Source: Alphaproteobacteria bacterium
Lineage (GTDB): Bacteria > Pseudomonadota > Alphaproteobacteria > UBA6615
DNA: 64,000 nucleotides
Direction of reading: 5' to 3'
NCBI GenBank assembly: GCA_038137215.1
Contig: JAYQBG010000004.1
Coordinates: 7,650-71,649 of the forward strand
Each line of letters begins with the position of its first letter. Positions within the stretch are counted from its first letter, which is position 1. The notes under the pieces are model-generated. The model was not told where the DNA came from, did no database searches, and saw nothing but the letters and a program-made list of their open reading frames with translations. A program made the position numbers and the translations under genes. Below, piece by piece: positions 1-9,702 of this stretch.

Positions 1-1
1 T

Positions 2-973
2 CGTGCCGGCCGTGAACATGAAGTTCCAGCCCAGGCCGACCAGAGCCATGCCCACGCGCAGATGCAGGAGCGAGTCGCCGCTGAGATTCACGGCCAGACA
101 GACCACCGAGATCACCGCCCCGGCCAGAATGATATTGATGTCACCGAACTTCTTGATCAGCCAGCCGGTAAAAAAGCCCGGCGCAAACATGCCTAGGACA
201 TGCCACATGATCACGTTGTTGATGTCGAGCTGCCCGAACGGATGGGTCGGATGCAGGTGCATGAAGATCGGCGTGGACAGCATCACGAAGTTCATCACGC
301 CATATCCGATCATGGCGCTCATGAGCGCGACAATGAATGCCGGCTGGGCTGCGATCTCGCGCATCGGACGTACATGCCCTGTCCGCTCCTGCTCGCTGGG
401 CGGCGGAATATCGGTAAACCGAAGCAGAACCATCATGATGAACTGCATCGACAGGATGATCGCGAACACGCCGCCATACACGATGGGCCGGATCATGTCG
501 TAGCCCCAGGACGAGAGGGTCGGCCCGGTGATCGCCGCGAACACGCCACCGGCAAGGACCAGACTGACGGCCTTGCTTCGGAACTCGTCACTGGCCGCAT
601 CGACGGCCGCGAACCGGAACTGCTGGTTGGCTCCGGCAGAGGCACCGAACAGTGCGGAACCGACGCAGAAGAGCAGAAAACTCTTCACCAGGAGCGCATA
701 GATCATCAAACCGGCACCCGCACAGCCGATGATCAGGAACACCGTGAACCCGTTGGCGCGACCGATCCGCTTCATCAGGAACGCAGCAGGTATCGTTGAC
801 AGCGTCATGAAGACGAACTGGAACGTGATCGGTACCGTCGCCCATCCAACATTGGGCGCAATCGATGCCCCAATGATCGACGAGACGGAAAAAATGAGGA
901 CCATTTGTGTCTGGCCGAGTGCCTGACAAACAGACAGAAGGCCAACATTGCGAGTTTCACGAGTCATTTGCAT
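2..973 (-). CDS. MFS transporter, RfnT-like (putative riboflavin transporter); 3' end runs off the window
   Basis: Not in the ORF track (no stop in window). Manual translation from ATG 973: MQMTRETRNVGLLSVCQALGQTQMV...QQFRFAAVDAA...MWHVLGMFAPGFFTGWLI...LGWNFMFTAGT. Multi-TM protein with motifs resembling the RfnT group; co-oriented downstream of the rib operon. Confidence 0.75.
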   Translation of the reverse strand, partial: MQMTRETRNVGLLSVCQALGQTQMVLIFSVSSIIGASIAPNVGWATVPITFQFVFMTLSTIPAAFLMKRIGRANGFTVFLIIGCAGAGLMIYALLVKSFLLFCVGSALFGASAGANQQFRFAAVDAASDEFRSKAVSLVLAGGVFAAITGPTLSSWGYDMIRPIVYGGVFAIILSMQFIMMVLLRFTDIPPPSEQERTGHVRPMREIAAQPAFIVALMSAMIGYGVMNFVMLSTPIFMHLHPTHPFGQLDINNVIMWHVLGMFAPGFFTGWLIKKFGDINIILAGAVISVVCLAVNLSGDSLLHLRVGMALVGLGWNFMFTAGT

Positions 974-1060
974 GGGCGGACATTCTTCCAACACCGCTCA
1001 AAATACAAGCCTGCTGTGTGAATATCAGGTCTGCGTGAATTGTAAGCTTGCGCCGTCGGC

Positions 1061-1522
1061 CTAGGTGTCCTTGCGCAACACATTCTCGACGAACAAATCG
1101 ATCACCACGTCCTTACCCAACGTCCTCTGCGCCACATCGCGCAAACGGAATTTCACAGCGTCCAGGGGGATTGTCACACCCTTCCGGCGCGCCACCAGTT
1201 TGTGTAGCTCCACAATCATGGCGTCACGCAGCCGCGCGCGACCTGCGAGCACAAGATTGCGTTGATCGGCTTCCGCAATCTCGAGCGTAGCAGCCTCGGT
1301 ATAGAGACCAACCACACTCCCCTCATCGAAGAGCGTAAAGGTGATGTGATCCAACTCCACATAGTAATGCTCCGGAATACCGCTGTTGTCGGTCTCTTCA
1401 GCATCTCCGGCTGCCCAGCCCGGCGTCATGGAGCTTCCGATCAGCGCCAGAATGAGGGCCACCGTGAGGGTGGCAGGACGGCAGGTTCGCAATATTACGT
1501 GAAAACCGATCATATCGATCAT
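1061..1522 (-). CDS. FliL-like protein (signal peptide or TM plus FliL domain)
   Basis: YYVELDHITFTLF...RLRDAMIVEL...VKFRLRDVAQRTLGKDVVIDLFVENV matches the FliL C-terminal pattern; N-terminal hydrophobic segment ending PGWAA. Confidence 0.65.
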   Translation of the reverse strand: MIDMIGFHVILRTCRPATLTVALILALIGSSMTPGWAAGDAEETDNSGIPEHYYVELDHITFTLFDEGSVVGLYTEAATLEIAEADQRNLVLAGRARLRDAMIVELHKLVARRKGVTIPLDAVKFRLRDVAQRTLGKDVVIDLFVENVLRKDT

Positions 1523-2001
1523 CCCGGCAACACACGGAAATCACGGACGAGCACGTCATTGACCACGCCGGTTCCCAGAATGCGGTTGTTCTCCGCGCGT
1601 ATCCGGTTTTTCAAATAGACAATCTCGATCGTGCCGTCGCCGGTGCCCGGAAATGGGCGTGATGTCAGGGAGCGCACATAGGATTCTCGGAGACGCGGGA
1701 GCAATGAGCGGACTATCTTGTCACTCTGTTCTTCGCGTTCCACCTCAAGAGACAGGACGACAACGATTTTGTGTCGCCGGCCTTCGCTTGTCTGAAACGG
1801 CACGAAAAGCGGATCCAGGTCGATGTAAACCAGTTGAACGGGTTCCAGAATCTCCGGTTCAGGTTCCTCGACCACCTCGGCCAGTTCGGGATCTTCCTTG
1901 GCCATTAAAAACTTGTAGGCTGCACCGCCACCGCCGGCGAGCAGCACGACAAGCAATAGAACGACAATCTTCTTTTTGCTTTTTCTCGGGTGGCGCGCCA
2001 T
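1519..2001 (-). CDS. fliL: Flagellar basal body-associated FliL family protein
   Basis: KKKIVVLLLVVLLAGGGGAAYKF TM anchor, YIDLDPLFVP, LPRLRESY, LKNRIRAENNRILGTGVVNDVLV. Start moved to ATG 2001. Confidence 0.75.
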   Translation of the reverse strand: MARHPRKSKKKIVVLLLVVLLAGGGGAAYKFLMAKEDPELAEVVEEPEPEILEPVQLVYIDLDPLFVPFQTSEGRRHKIVVVLSLEVEREEQSDKIVRSLLPRLRESYVRSLTSRPFPGTGDGTIEIVYLKNRIRAENNRILGTGVVNDVLVRDFRVLPG

Positions 2002-2045
2002 CGGGCGATTCGCCCGCGCGCATCGCACGAATTGAAGCCTCGTCT

Positions 2046-3074
2046 TCAGCGCGGCTGCGATTCCCGGAAGTGTCGGTATCCGCCATCACCCACCTCTAAC
2101 CTGTTTCCGGCATCGTCCAGAACGGCAACCTTCGGTCCCGCGTCCCTATGCGCCACCATGCGGCCAATCCGCGTTATCGGCACTCCCGTGTCACACGCCA
2201 CCTCCTGAACGAAGGCACGCGCAGATTCGGGTGCAGTAAAGACGAGTTCGAAATCCTCGCCGCCGGTCAGAAGACTAAGCTTCAATGGTTGATTGTCCGT
2301 TACCACCCGAAGGGCGGCTGAAGAGACAGGTACTGCAGAAAGCTTGATGTCGGCCGCAATCTGGGACGCCTGGCAGATATGGCCCAGATCGGCCACCAAA
2401 CCGTCCGAAACATCCGCTGCGGCGTGGGCACGGGAAACGAGCCTTTGGCCAACCCCCAGCCGCGGTTGAGGGCAACGGTAGCGCGCCAACAGTTCACGCC
2501 GATCCGCATCATTGACCGCCGGAAAATCACCGTTTTCGAGTGCAAGGCCGAGGACTGAATCACCGATCGTGCCAGACACATATACATCGTCGGAAAGTTG
2601 CGCCCCGGATCTTATAATTGCCTTATTTACTAATACTTGCCCGATTACATTTATAGACAACGTGAGCGGGCCCGGGGTTCGTGTCGTATCCCCTCCCAAC
2701 AGGCCGATTCCAAACTCTTGCTGATCGCGCATCAGACCGTCGGCGAAAGCTGCCAGCCAGGCTTCGTCTGTATCATCCGGCATCTGCAGTGTGAGGGTAT
2801 AGCCAAGCGGCGTGGCGCCCATGGCGGCAAGGTCGGACAGGTTGGAACGCAAAGCGCGCCGCGCAATATCGGCAGGGTCTGTCGGCGTGGCGAAACCGGG
2901 ACCGGAGAAATGGACACCCGAGACCAGAGCATCCGCCGAAATCACCAACTCATACCCGTCATCGGGCCGCACGACGGCAGCATCGTCGGTCAAGCCCAAT
3001 GCACCCGGGGTATCCCGGGCCAATGGCGCGAAATACCGTGAAATCAGTTCAAACTCATCAAGTCCCTGCGCCAT
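2046..3074 (-). CDS. thiL: Thiamine-monophosphate kinase
   Basis: EFELISRYF, LTDDAAV, NLSDLAAMGA, GGDTT, DVSDGLVADLGHIC, GGEDFELVFT. Start placed at ATG 3074. Confidence 0.95.
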   Translation of the reverse strand: MAQGLDEFELISRYFAPLARDTPGALGLTDDAAVVRPDDGYELVISADALVSGVHFSGPGFATPTDPADIARRALRSNLSDLAAMGATPLGYTLTLQMPDDTDEAWLAAFADGLMRDQQEFGIGLLGGDTTRTPGPLTLSINVIGQVLVNKAIIRSGAQLSDDVYVSGTIGDSVLGLALENGDFPAVNDADRRELLARYRCPQPRLGVGQRLVSRAHAAADVSDGLVADLGHICQASQIAADIKLSAVPVSSAALRVVTDNQPLKLSLLTGGEDFELVFTAPESARAFVQEVACDTGVPITRIGRMVAHRDAGPKVAVLDDAGNRLEVGDGGYRHFRESQPR

Positions 3075-3603
3075 CCCCGGCCGCATCACGGTTCGAAATT
3101 TCATCTTCGCGAAGCACACGGGCCAAGCGATCGAGAACGGCGTTGACCAGACCCGGCTCCCGACCATCGAAAAACGCATCGGTCAGATGTACATATTCGC
3201 TGATGGTAGCACGTGCCGGAATGTCCGACCGGGTCTGAAGTTCGAAAATCCCGGCCTTCAGGATCGCGCGGAGCAGCGGTTCAAGCCGCTGTGAATTGCC
3301 GCCCGTATCCAGACTCCCGTCGAGCGCAGCTTCGATAGCCGCTCGGTCACGATCTACCCCGCGCACTAGATCTGCGAACAAGGCCTTATCGGCATCAATT
3401 CTGATCTTCGTATCGCTCTCGTCATCGACAACTTCCATGCGGTGCTCCAGGAACTCCATCACTGTGGAATCCCCACTCCCACCGCGAATGTCGATCTGAT
3501 AAAGCGCCTGCACAGCCAGTAATCGCGCGGCACCGCGCGCCGAGGCCGTCGCCCCGGCCTTCCCGCTTTTGGCCGCATTGCCCTCCGGATCAGGATCCGT
3601 CAT
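3058..3603 (-). CDS. nusB: Transcription antitermination factor NusB
   Basis: ARLLAVQALYQ, LRAILKAGIFEL, ISEYVHLTDAFF, VNAVLDRLAR; follows ribH. Confidence 0.95.
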   Translation of the reverse strand: MTDPDPEGNAAKSGKAGATASARGAARLLAVQALYQIDIRGGSGDSTVMEFLEHRMEVVDDESDTKIRIDADKALFADLVRGVDRDRAAIEAALDGSLDTGGNSQRLEPLLRAILKAGIFELQTRSDIPARATISEYVHLTDAFFDGREPGLVNAVLDRLARVLREDEISNRDAAGDGAGT

Positions 3604-4064
3604 CGCGGGAACATGCGGAACTGGCGTTTGAATTCCACCATCCGCAAGCAGGCATTGGCGGCGTCGGCCCCCTTGTTGCCACGATCCACCGCTGCCCGGG
3701 CCATCGCCTGATCATGGTTCTCGGTGGTCAGAATGCCGAAGCCCAGAGCCAGACAGTGCCGCGTGGCAAGCTCCTGAAGGCCGCGCGCAGATTCTCCGCA
3801 CACATAGTCGTAATGTGTAGTTTCACCACGAATGACGCATCCCAGGGCGATATATCCGTCGAAGTGCCGGCGCCCGCCTGAGAATTCCGGTGAACGCATT
3901 GCGATCGCGATGGAAGACGGGATCTCGAATGCGCCTGGAATCTCATAGAGTTCATGGGTGGCCCCGGCATCCTCCAGAACGGCGAGCGCGCCGGTGAGCA
4001 GCTCGGAGGCGATATCGTCGTAGTAACGCGAAATCGCAATCATGATATGCGGTTGGTCAGCCAT
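3600..4064 (-). CDS. ribH: 6,7-dimethyl-8-ribityllumazine synthase
   Basis: PGAFEIP, ALGCVIRGETTHYDYVC, GILTTEN, NKGADAA. Confidence 0.96.
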   Translation of the reverse strand: MADQPHIMIAISRYYDDIASELLTGALAVLEDAGATHELYEIPGAFEIPSSIAIAMRSPEFSGGRRHFDGYIALGCVIRGETTHYDYVCGESARGLQELATRHCLALGFGILTTENHDQAMARAAVDRGNKGADAANACLRMVEFKRQFRMFPR

Positions 4065-4075
4065 GTCCCTGCCCC

Positions 4076-5254
4076 TTATGTGTTGTCCGAGAGCGGAACG
4101 GGACGGGTTTCGACTAGTCTCAGACCAAATCCTTCCAGACCAACAATCGAGCGCTGGGAGTTCGACAACAGGATGATATCCCGTACGCCCAGATCCGCCA
4201 AAATCTGCGCGCCGACGCCATAGTCCCTCAGTTCATTGACCGGACTTCCCGGCGCAGATTTGACCCGCTTGATCCGTTCCGACAGAGCGTTGGGCGATGT
4301 ATCGCGAATGAGCACGATCACGCCCTTGCCCGCTTCGCCGATCATTTCCATCGACTTCTGCAGCACGCCGGCATCCGGCGCATCGAGACTACCCAGCGCA
4401 TCGGTCCCGATGCTGAAGGCATGCATCCGCACAAGTACGGGCTCGTCGGGATTGATCTCGCCTTTTACAATCGCCAGATGCTCCGCGTATTCGACGGTGT
4501 TGTGATATATCGTCCAGTTGAACTCACCGCCGTAGCGCGAGTTGAACTTGTGATCCATGAGGCGTTCGACGATCCGGTCGTTACGCCGGCGGTAGGCGAT
4601 CAGATCCGCAATCGCACCGATTTTCAGGCCGTGATACTGGGCAAAGCCAACCAGATCCGGCAACCGGGACATGGTCCCATCATCGTTCATGATCTCACAA
4701 ATAACGGCCGACGGGTTCAGACCCGCCAGGCGTGCCAGATCGACACCGGCTTCCGTGTGTCCGGCGCGGACTAGCACACCGCCGTCGCGCGCGGCCAGCG
4801 GAAAAATATGGCCGGGCGTGACGATGTCCTCCTCCGTCGAACGGGGGTCAATCGCCACCGTCACGGTGCGCGCACGGTCCGGGGCGGAAATCCCGGTGGT
4901 CACACCTTCGGCTGCTTCAATCGATACCGTGAAGTTGGTCGCCAGACGCTGGCCATGGGTCTGCGGCATCATCGGCAGACCGAGCTGTTTGGTTCGCTCG
5001 CGGGTCAGCGCCAGGCAAATCAGCCCCCGACCATGGGTCGCCATGAAATTGATCGCATCCGGCGTCGCCATTTGTGCCGGAATGACGAGGTCGCCCTCGT
5101 TTTCCCGGTCTTCGTCATCGATCAGGATGAACATCTTGCCATTGCGGGCATCTTCTATGATGTCCTCAATCGGCGAGAGGATCTTGCTGTCCTCCATGGA
5201 TCGTTCGATATCCTGCTTCGAAACAGTGCCCAGGTCTTCGTCTTTGTCAGCCAC
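4076..5254 (-). CDS. ribB: DHBP synthase RibB fused to a degenerate GTP cyclohydrolase II-like domain (RibBX)
   Basis: DDEDRENEGDL, RGLICL, GISAPDRART, RAGHTEA, CEIMNDDGTM. The C-terminal RibA-like domain lacks the Cys Zn ligands. GTG start at 5254 directly after the ribE stop. Confidence 0.92.
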   Translation of the reverse strand: MADKDEDLGTVSKQDIERSMEDSKILSPIEDIIEDARNGKMFILIDDEDRENEGDLVIPAQMATPDAINFMATHGRGLICLALTRERTKQLGLPMMPQTHGQRLATNFTVSIEAAEGVTTGISAPDRARTVTVAIDPRSTEEDIVTPGHIFPLAARDGGVLVRAGHTEAGVDLARLAGLNPSAVICEIMNDDGTMSRLPDLVGFAQYHGLKIGAIADLIAYRRRNDRIVERLMDHKFNSRYGGEFNWTIYHNTVEYAEHLAIVKGEINPDEPVLVRMHAFSIGTDALGSLDAPDAGVLQKSMEMIGEAGKGVIVLIRDTSPNALSERIKRVKSAPGSPVNELRDYGVGAQILADLGVRDIILLSNSQRSIVGLEGFGLRLVETRPVPLSDNT

Positions 5255-5256
5255 AG

Positions 5257-5847
5257 TTATTCTCGCTCCAGCAATCGGGCGACATAGCGCGCGATCACAT
5301 CTACTTCCAGGTTCACCTTTGCGCCCTTGGTCAGGCCCGCAAAGGACGTATGGTCCCAAGTATGGGGAATTATGTTCACGCCGAACACCCGGTCTTCGAC
5401 CTCATTGACCGTCAGCGAAACGCCATCGACCGTGATCGAGCCCTTGGACGCGACATAGTGTTTCAGATCGTCCGGCACCTCGATACCAACCCGATGGTTT
5501 TCGCCTTCCGGTTCGAGGCGCACCACCGTTCCAACGGCATCGACATGCCCGAGCACCAGATGTCCCCCCAGCTCGTCGGCAGCTTTCAGCGCACGCTCCA
5601 GATTGATTCGGGTATCGACCTGCCACGCGCCGATCGTGGTTTTGTCGAGTGTTTCACCCGACACATCCACGGCGAAATGGTCCGGTGTGGTTTCAACCGC
5701 TGTGAGACAGGCGCCGTTGCACGCAATCGACGCCCCCAGCGTAATCGAAGCGGTGTCGTATGAGGTCTCGATCGTCAGCCGTCGCCCGACTTCGAGAGGG
5801 TCGATCCGGGAAATCCGGCCGACATCGGTCACAATTCCAGTAAACAT
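5257..5847 (-). CDS. ribE: Riboflavin synthase alpha chain
   Basis: MFTGIV start, GASIACNGACLT, NLERAL, GGHLVLGHVD, KGSITVDGVSLTVN, VNLEVD. Confidence 0.97.
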   Translation of the reverse strand: MFTGIVTDVGRISRIDPLEVGRRLTIETSYDTASITLGASIACNGACLTAVETTPDHFAVDVSGETLDKTTIGAWQVDTRINLERALKAADELGGHLVLGHVDAVGTVVRLEPEGENHRVGIEVPDDLKHYVASKGSITVDGVSLTVNEVEDRVFGVNIIPHTWDHTSFAGLTKGAKVNLEVDVIARYVARLLERE

Positions 5848-5856
5848 GCGGCTTCG

Positions 5857-6987
5857 TTACGGCACTCGGACGAAAATATCCAGCATATCGTCACCGACAG
5901 GCGTGCTGGAGATCAAACGAAAGGACGGCATTTCTGACATATCCGTGACCCCGAGGTCACCAAAAGGCGGCAATCCATCACCCCCGATCAACGAGGGCGC
6001 ACGGAACCAGTGGAGCCGATCCACAAGGCCCAGCCGCAAGAGTGCGGTCGATAACTGTGCACCGCCTTCGACCATCAAACGGGTAATCCCCTCCTGGCCG
6101 AGCGCGTGCAGAGCAGCCGTCAGAACAACCCGCCCATCTTTTGTTGCGTCAACTGCCAGAACCTTGACCCCGGCGCTTTCGAGCGCGTCCCTGCGGTTTG
6201 AATCCTCGCCCGCGCAACAGGCGACCCATGTCGGAACATCGCGGGCCGTTGCGACGAGTTGCGTTTCTGCGCTGATCAGAAGACCGGAGTCGAAAACCAC
6301 ACGAACCGGCGAATACTGTTCCATGCCCGGCAGGCGACAGGTCAATCCCGGATTGTCGGCGGCGACAGTACCGCTGCCGACTGCAATCGCGTCATGGGCA
6401 GCGCGCATAAGGTGTGCCTGCGCCCGTGCCGCATCGCCGGTGATCCACTGGGAAGCGCCGGTGCGTGTTGCAATTCGCCCGTCCGAAGTTGTGGCCGTCT
6501 TCAGCGAGACCAGCGGGCGCCCGGATTCCGCGCGCGTCAGAAATCCCGCATTCACAGCTTCAGCATCTTCGCGACACAGTCCTGTCTCGACCTGAATACC
6601 GGCTTCGCGCAATCGGGCAAGACCGCGCCCGGAGACCCGTTCATCCGGATCTTCGCACGCCACCACAACCCGTCCGATCCCGGCCTGAATGAGCGCATCG
6701 GCGCATGGCGGCGTCCGTCCGGCGTGACTGCACGGTTCCAGCGTCACGAAAGCCTGTGCGCCCGCAAGGGCATCCGCACCAAAAAGACTGCGCGCCTGTT
6801 CCAGTGCGACGGTTTCGGCATGCGGACGGCCGCCCGGTTGGGTCCAGCCCCGCCCCAGCACCCTGGTTGAGCCCGCCCCTGTTGTTCCGACGATCACGCA
6901 GCCGACAGCAGGATTGGGCCAGGTATTCCCCAACCCCCGCCGCGCCAGGCGCAGCGCGGTTGTCATGAAGTCGTGATCGGTTGTCAT
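5857..6987 (-). CDS. ribD: Bifunctional pyrimidine deaminase/reductase
   Basis: GNTWPNPAVGCVIV, HAE, TLEPCSHAGRTPPC, MVEGG. Start placed at ATG 6987. Confidence 0.96.
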   Translation of the reverse strand: MTTDHDFMTTALRLARRGLGNTWPNPAVGCVIVGTTGAGSTRVLGRGWTQPGGRPHAETVALEQARSLFGADALAGAQAFVTLEPCSHAGRTPPCADALIQAGIGRVVVACEDPDERVSGRGLARLREAGIQVETGLCREDAEAVNAGFLTRAESGRPLVSLKTATTSDGRIATRTGASQWITGDAARAQAHLMRAAHDAIAVGSGTVAADNPGLTCRLPGMEQYSPVRVVFDSGLLISAETQLVATARDVPTWVACCAGEDSNRRDALESAGVKVLAVDATKDGRVVLTAALHALGQEGITRLMVEGGAQLSTALLRLGLVDRLHWFRAPSLIGGDGLPPFGDLGVTDMSEMPSFRLISSTPVGDDMLDIFVRVP

Positions 6988-7019
6988 GGCATGCAAGGTC
7001 TGGCGAAACCCTACGGCAA

Positions 7020-7499
7020 TCAATCGTTTTTTATCAGTTCGCCGTCGCGCGTGAGACGCTCGCTGCCAATGAAGTCCTCGAAATCTCGTACTTCCCGAAA
7101 ATTTTTGTACACCGACGCGAACCGCACATAGGCAATAGAGTCGAGATTCATCAGGGCGTCCATCACTGCTTCCCCTATGGCATCGGTGGAAATATCGGTC
7201 TCTCCTGAGGACTCAAGCCGACGCACGATGCCACTGATGACGCGATCCACACGCCCGGGGTCGACCGGACGCTTGCGCAAGGAAATGCGCATCGAGGCTT
7301 CCAGCTTATCGCGGTCGAACGGCACCCGCTGACCGTTCTTCTTCACAACCATCAAATCGCGCAAATGAACGCGCTCGAAAGTTGTCCAACGCGCACCGCA
7401 ATCCGGGCAAACACGGCGGCGGCGGATCGCCGTATTGTCTTCGGTCGGACGTGAGTCCTTCACGTGGGTATCGTCATGTCCACAGAACGGACAACGCAT
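7020..7499 (-). CDS. nrdR: Transcriptional repressor NrdR
   Basis: [43 protein letters not shown]. Confidence 0.98.
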   Translation of the reverse strand: MRCPFCGHDDTHVKDSRPTEDNTAIRRRRVCPDCGARWTTFERVHLRDLMVVKKNGQRVPFDRDKLEASMRISLRKRPVDPGRVDRVISGIVRRLESSGETDISTDAIGEAVMDALMNLDSIAYVRFASVYKNFREVRDFEDFIGSERLTRDGELIKND

Positions 7500-7544
7500 C
7501 TTATTCTCTCCCCCGAATTCCTATTTCTGTTCCCGCACGGCCAA

Positions 7545-8858
7545 TCAGGTCGCGTTGTAAATCGGAAACTGTGCACACAGTTCTTCAACCCGCCGGCGAA
7601 CGGAGGCTTCCACCTGCGCATCACCCTCCGGATTTGCCGCCAGTCCGTCGAGAACCTCGACGATCAATTCCCCGACCTGGCGGAACTCTGCCGGTCCAAA
7701 CCCGCGGGTGGTGGCCGCTGGACTGCCCAGACGGACCCCCGAGGTCACCATGGGCTTTTCCGGATCGAACGGAATCCCGTTCTTGTTGCAGGTCAGACCG
7801 GCGCGCTCCAGCGCATCCTCCGTGATGTTCCCGGTCAATCCTTTCGGACGCAGGTCCACCAGCATCAGATGCGTATCGGTTCCGCCCGACACGATATCCA
7901 ACCCACCCTCGGCAAGCGTCGCCGCCAGGGTTTGGGCATTTTCGACAACGTTCTGGGCATAGACCTTGAACGACGGCTGCAAGGCTTCGCCAAACGCCAC
8001 CGCCTTGGCGGCAATCACATGCATGAGCGGGCCGCCCTGAAGTCCGGGGAAGACGGCCGAGTTGATCTTCTTGCCGAGGTCCTCGTCGTTGGACAGGATC
8101 ATGCCGCCACGCGCACCACGCAAGGTCTTGTGGGTGGTCGTGGTGACGATATGAGCGTGCGGCAACGGGCTGGGATGAGCACCGCCGGCGACCAGGCCGG
8201 AGAAATGCGCCATGTCGACCATCAGATAGGCGCCGACGGAATCTGCGATCTCCCGGAAGCGCGCAAAGTCGATCACGCGCGGATAGGCCGAACCGCCGGC
8301 AATGATGAGAGCTGGCTTGTGTTCATCTACCAATCGCGCGACCTCATCCATATCGATCCGTGCGTCGTCCTTGCGAACGCCATACTGGACAGCGTTTAAC
8401 CACTTGCCGGACAGATTTGGGGCCGCCCCGTGGGTCAGATGCCCACCGGCCGCCAGAGACATGCCCAGGATCGTATCGCCGGGCTTGCACAGCGCCATGA
8501 ACACGGCCTGATTGGCCTGCGCTCCCGAATGGGGCTGCACATTCGCAAACGCACAGTTGAACAGACGCTTCGCACGATCAATCGCCAGGGTTTCGGCTTC
8601 GTCCACAAATTCACAGCCGCCGTAGTAGCGCCGCCCGGGATAGCCTTCCGCGTATTTGTTGGTCAGCACAGTGCCCATGGCTTCGATGACCGCCCGGGAA
8701 ACAATGTTCTCCGATGCGATCAACTCCACCTGGTTCTGCTGCCGGTTCAGTTCACGGCTGATCGAAGCGAACACATCCGGGTCGGCTTCAGCCAGTCCCC
8801 GGGAAAAAAACTCGCCGGCATTGCTGTCCGACGCTATGGCTTCCGTGGTCATCAACAT
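7545..8858 (-). CDS. glyA: Serine hydroxymethyltransferase
   Basis: [50 protein letters not shown]. Confidence 0.98.
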   Translation of the reverse strand: MLMTTEAIASDSNAGEFFSRGLAEADPDVFASISRELNRQQNQVELIASENIVSRAVIEAMGTVLTNKYAEGYPGRRYYGGCEFVDEAETLAIDRAKRLFNCAFANVQPHSGAQANQAVFMALCKPGDTILGMSLAAGGHLTHGAAPNLSGKWLNAVQYGVRKDDARIDMDEVARLVDEHKPALIIAGGSAYPRVIDFARFREIADSVGAYLMVDMAHFSGLVAGGAHPSPLPHAHIVTTTTHKTLRGARGGMILSNDEDLGKKINSAVFPGLQGGPLMHVIAAKAVAFGEALQPSFKVYAQNVVENAQTLAATLAEGGLDIVSGGTDTHLMLVDLRPKGLTGNITEDALERAGLTCNKNGIPFDPEKPMVTSGVRLGSPAATTRGFGPAEFRQVGELIVEVLDGLAANPEGDAQVEASVRRRVEELCAQFPIYNAT

Positions 8859-8910
8859 TCAAGTCCTCATTTCATTCATGCTGCGCACACTCCGTTCTAC
8901 GGACGACGCG

Positions 8911-9348
8911 CTATCCCAGTTTTTCTATTCGACGTTGATGACGCTCGCCGCCATCAAATTCCGTTGTCACAAAAGCGTCGAGGCAATCGAGCGCCACCTC
9001 GGACCCGATCATACGAACACCCATTGCCAATACATTCGCATCATTGTGCTGCCGCGCCAGGCGCGCTGATGTCACGTCATGACAGACCGCAGCACGAATT
9101 CCGGCGATCCGGTTTGCCGCAATCGAAATACCAATTCCCGTACCGCAGACCACAACGCCACGATCGGCTTCACCAGAGGCAACGGCCTCTCCAACGGCGC
9201 GACCGTAATCCGGATAGTCCACGGACGCATCGCCATGGGTTCCAAGATCGAGAACCGTGAACCCGCGACGTTCGAGCTCAGCCTTGAGGCTGTCCTTCAA
9301 AGACGGCCCGGCGTGGTCGGAAGCGATCGCAATTGTACCTTCGCTCAT
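8911..9348 (-). CDS. rpiB: Ribose 5-phosphate isomerase B
   Basis: IASDHAG, VDYPD, CGTGIGISIAANR, ARQHNDANVL, GGERHQRR. Confidence 0.96.
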   Translation of the reverse strand: MSEGTIAIASDHAGPSLKDSLKAELERRGFTVLDLGTHGDASVDYPDYGRAVGEAVASGEADRGVVVCGTGIGISIAANRIAGIRAAVCHDVTSARLARQHNDANVLAMGVRMIGSEVALDCLDAFVTTEFDGGERHQRRIEKLG

Positions 9349-9702
9349 GCATCAAGTCCGTTTGGAGTTGGCGTTGAGTGTTAAATCTGACAAAAGCTCA
9401 GTTACCACATATCGTGATGCCCTGCCAGCGGAACACAAGCTGTCGCGTCCATTTGTGTGGAAAACCATCGCCCGCAGCTTGCGGCACCGCAATATACTCA
9501 GGTGAATTCAGATGCGGCACAGAGCAGTTAAGATACAGCTTTGTCTTTGGCCTGTCGTACGCGCTATTCTCAGTTTCCAGCATCACTACTTCGGATTTCT
9601 TAAAAATACAAACAACTGTTCAAATATCGAGGTGACTGGTCCGGACAGCCCATGCAATCACAAAGGCTGGCTGCACACTCATCGACCGCTCAGGAATACA
9701 AA

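Noticed and set aside
6990-7545. FMN riboswitch upstream of the rib genes
   Set aside because: ribD directly follows nrdR with no leader space, and no RFN conserved motifs are visible.
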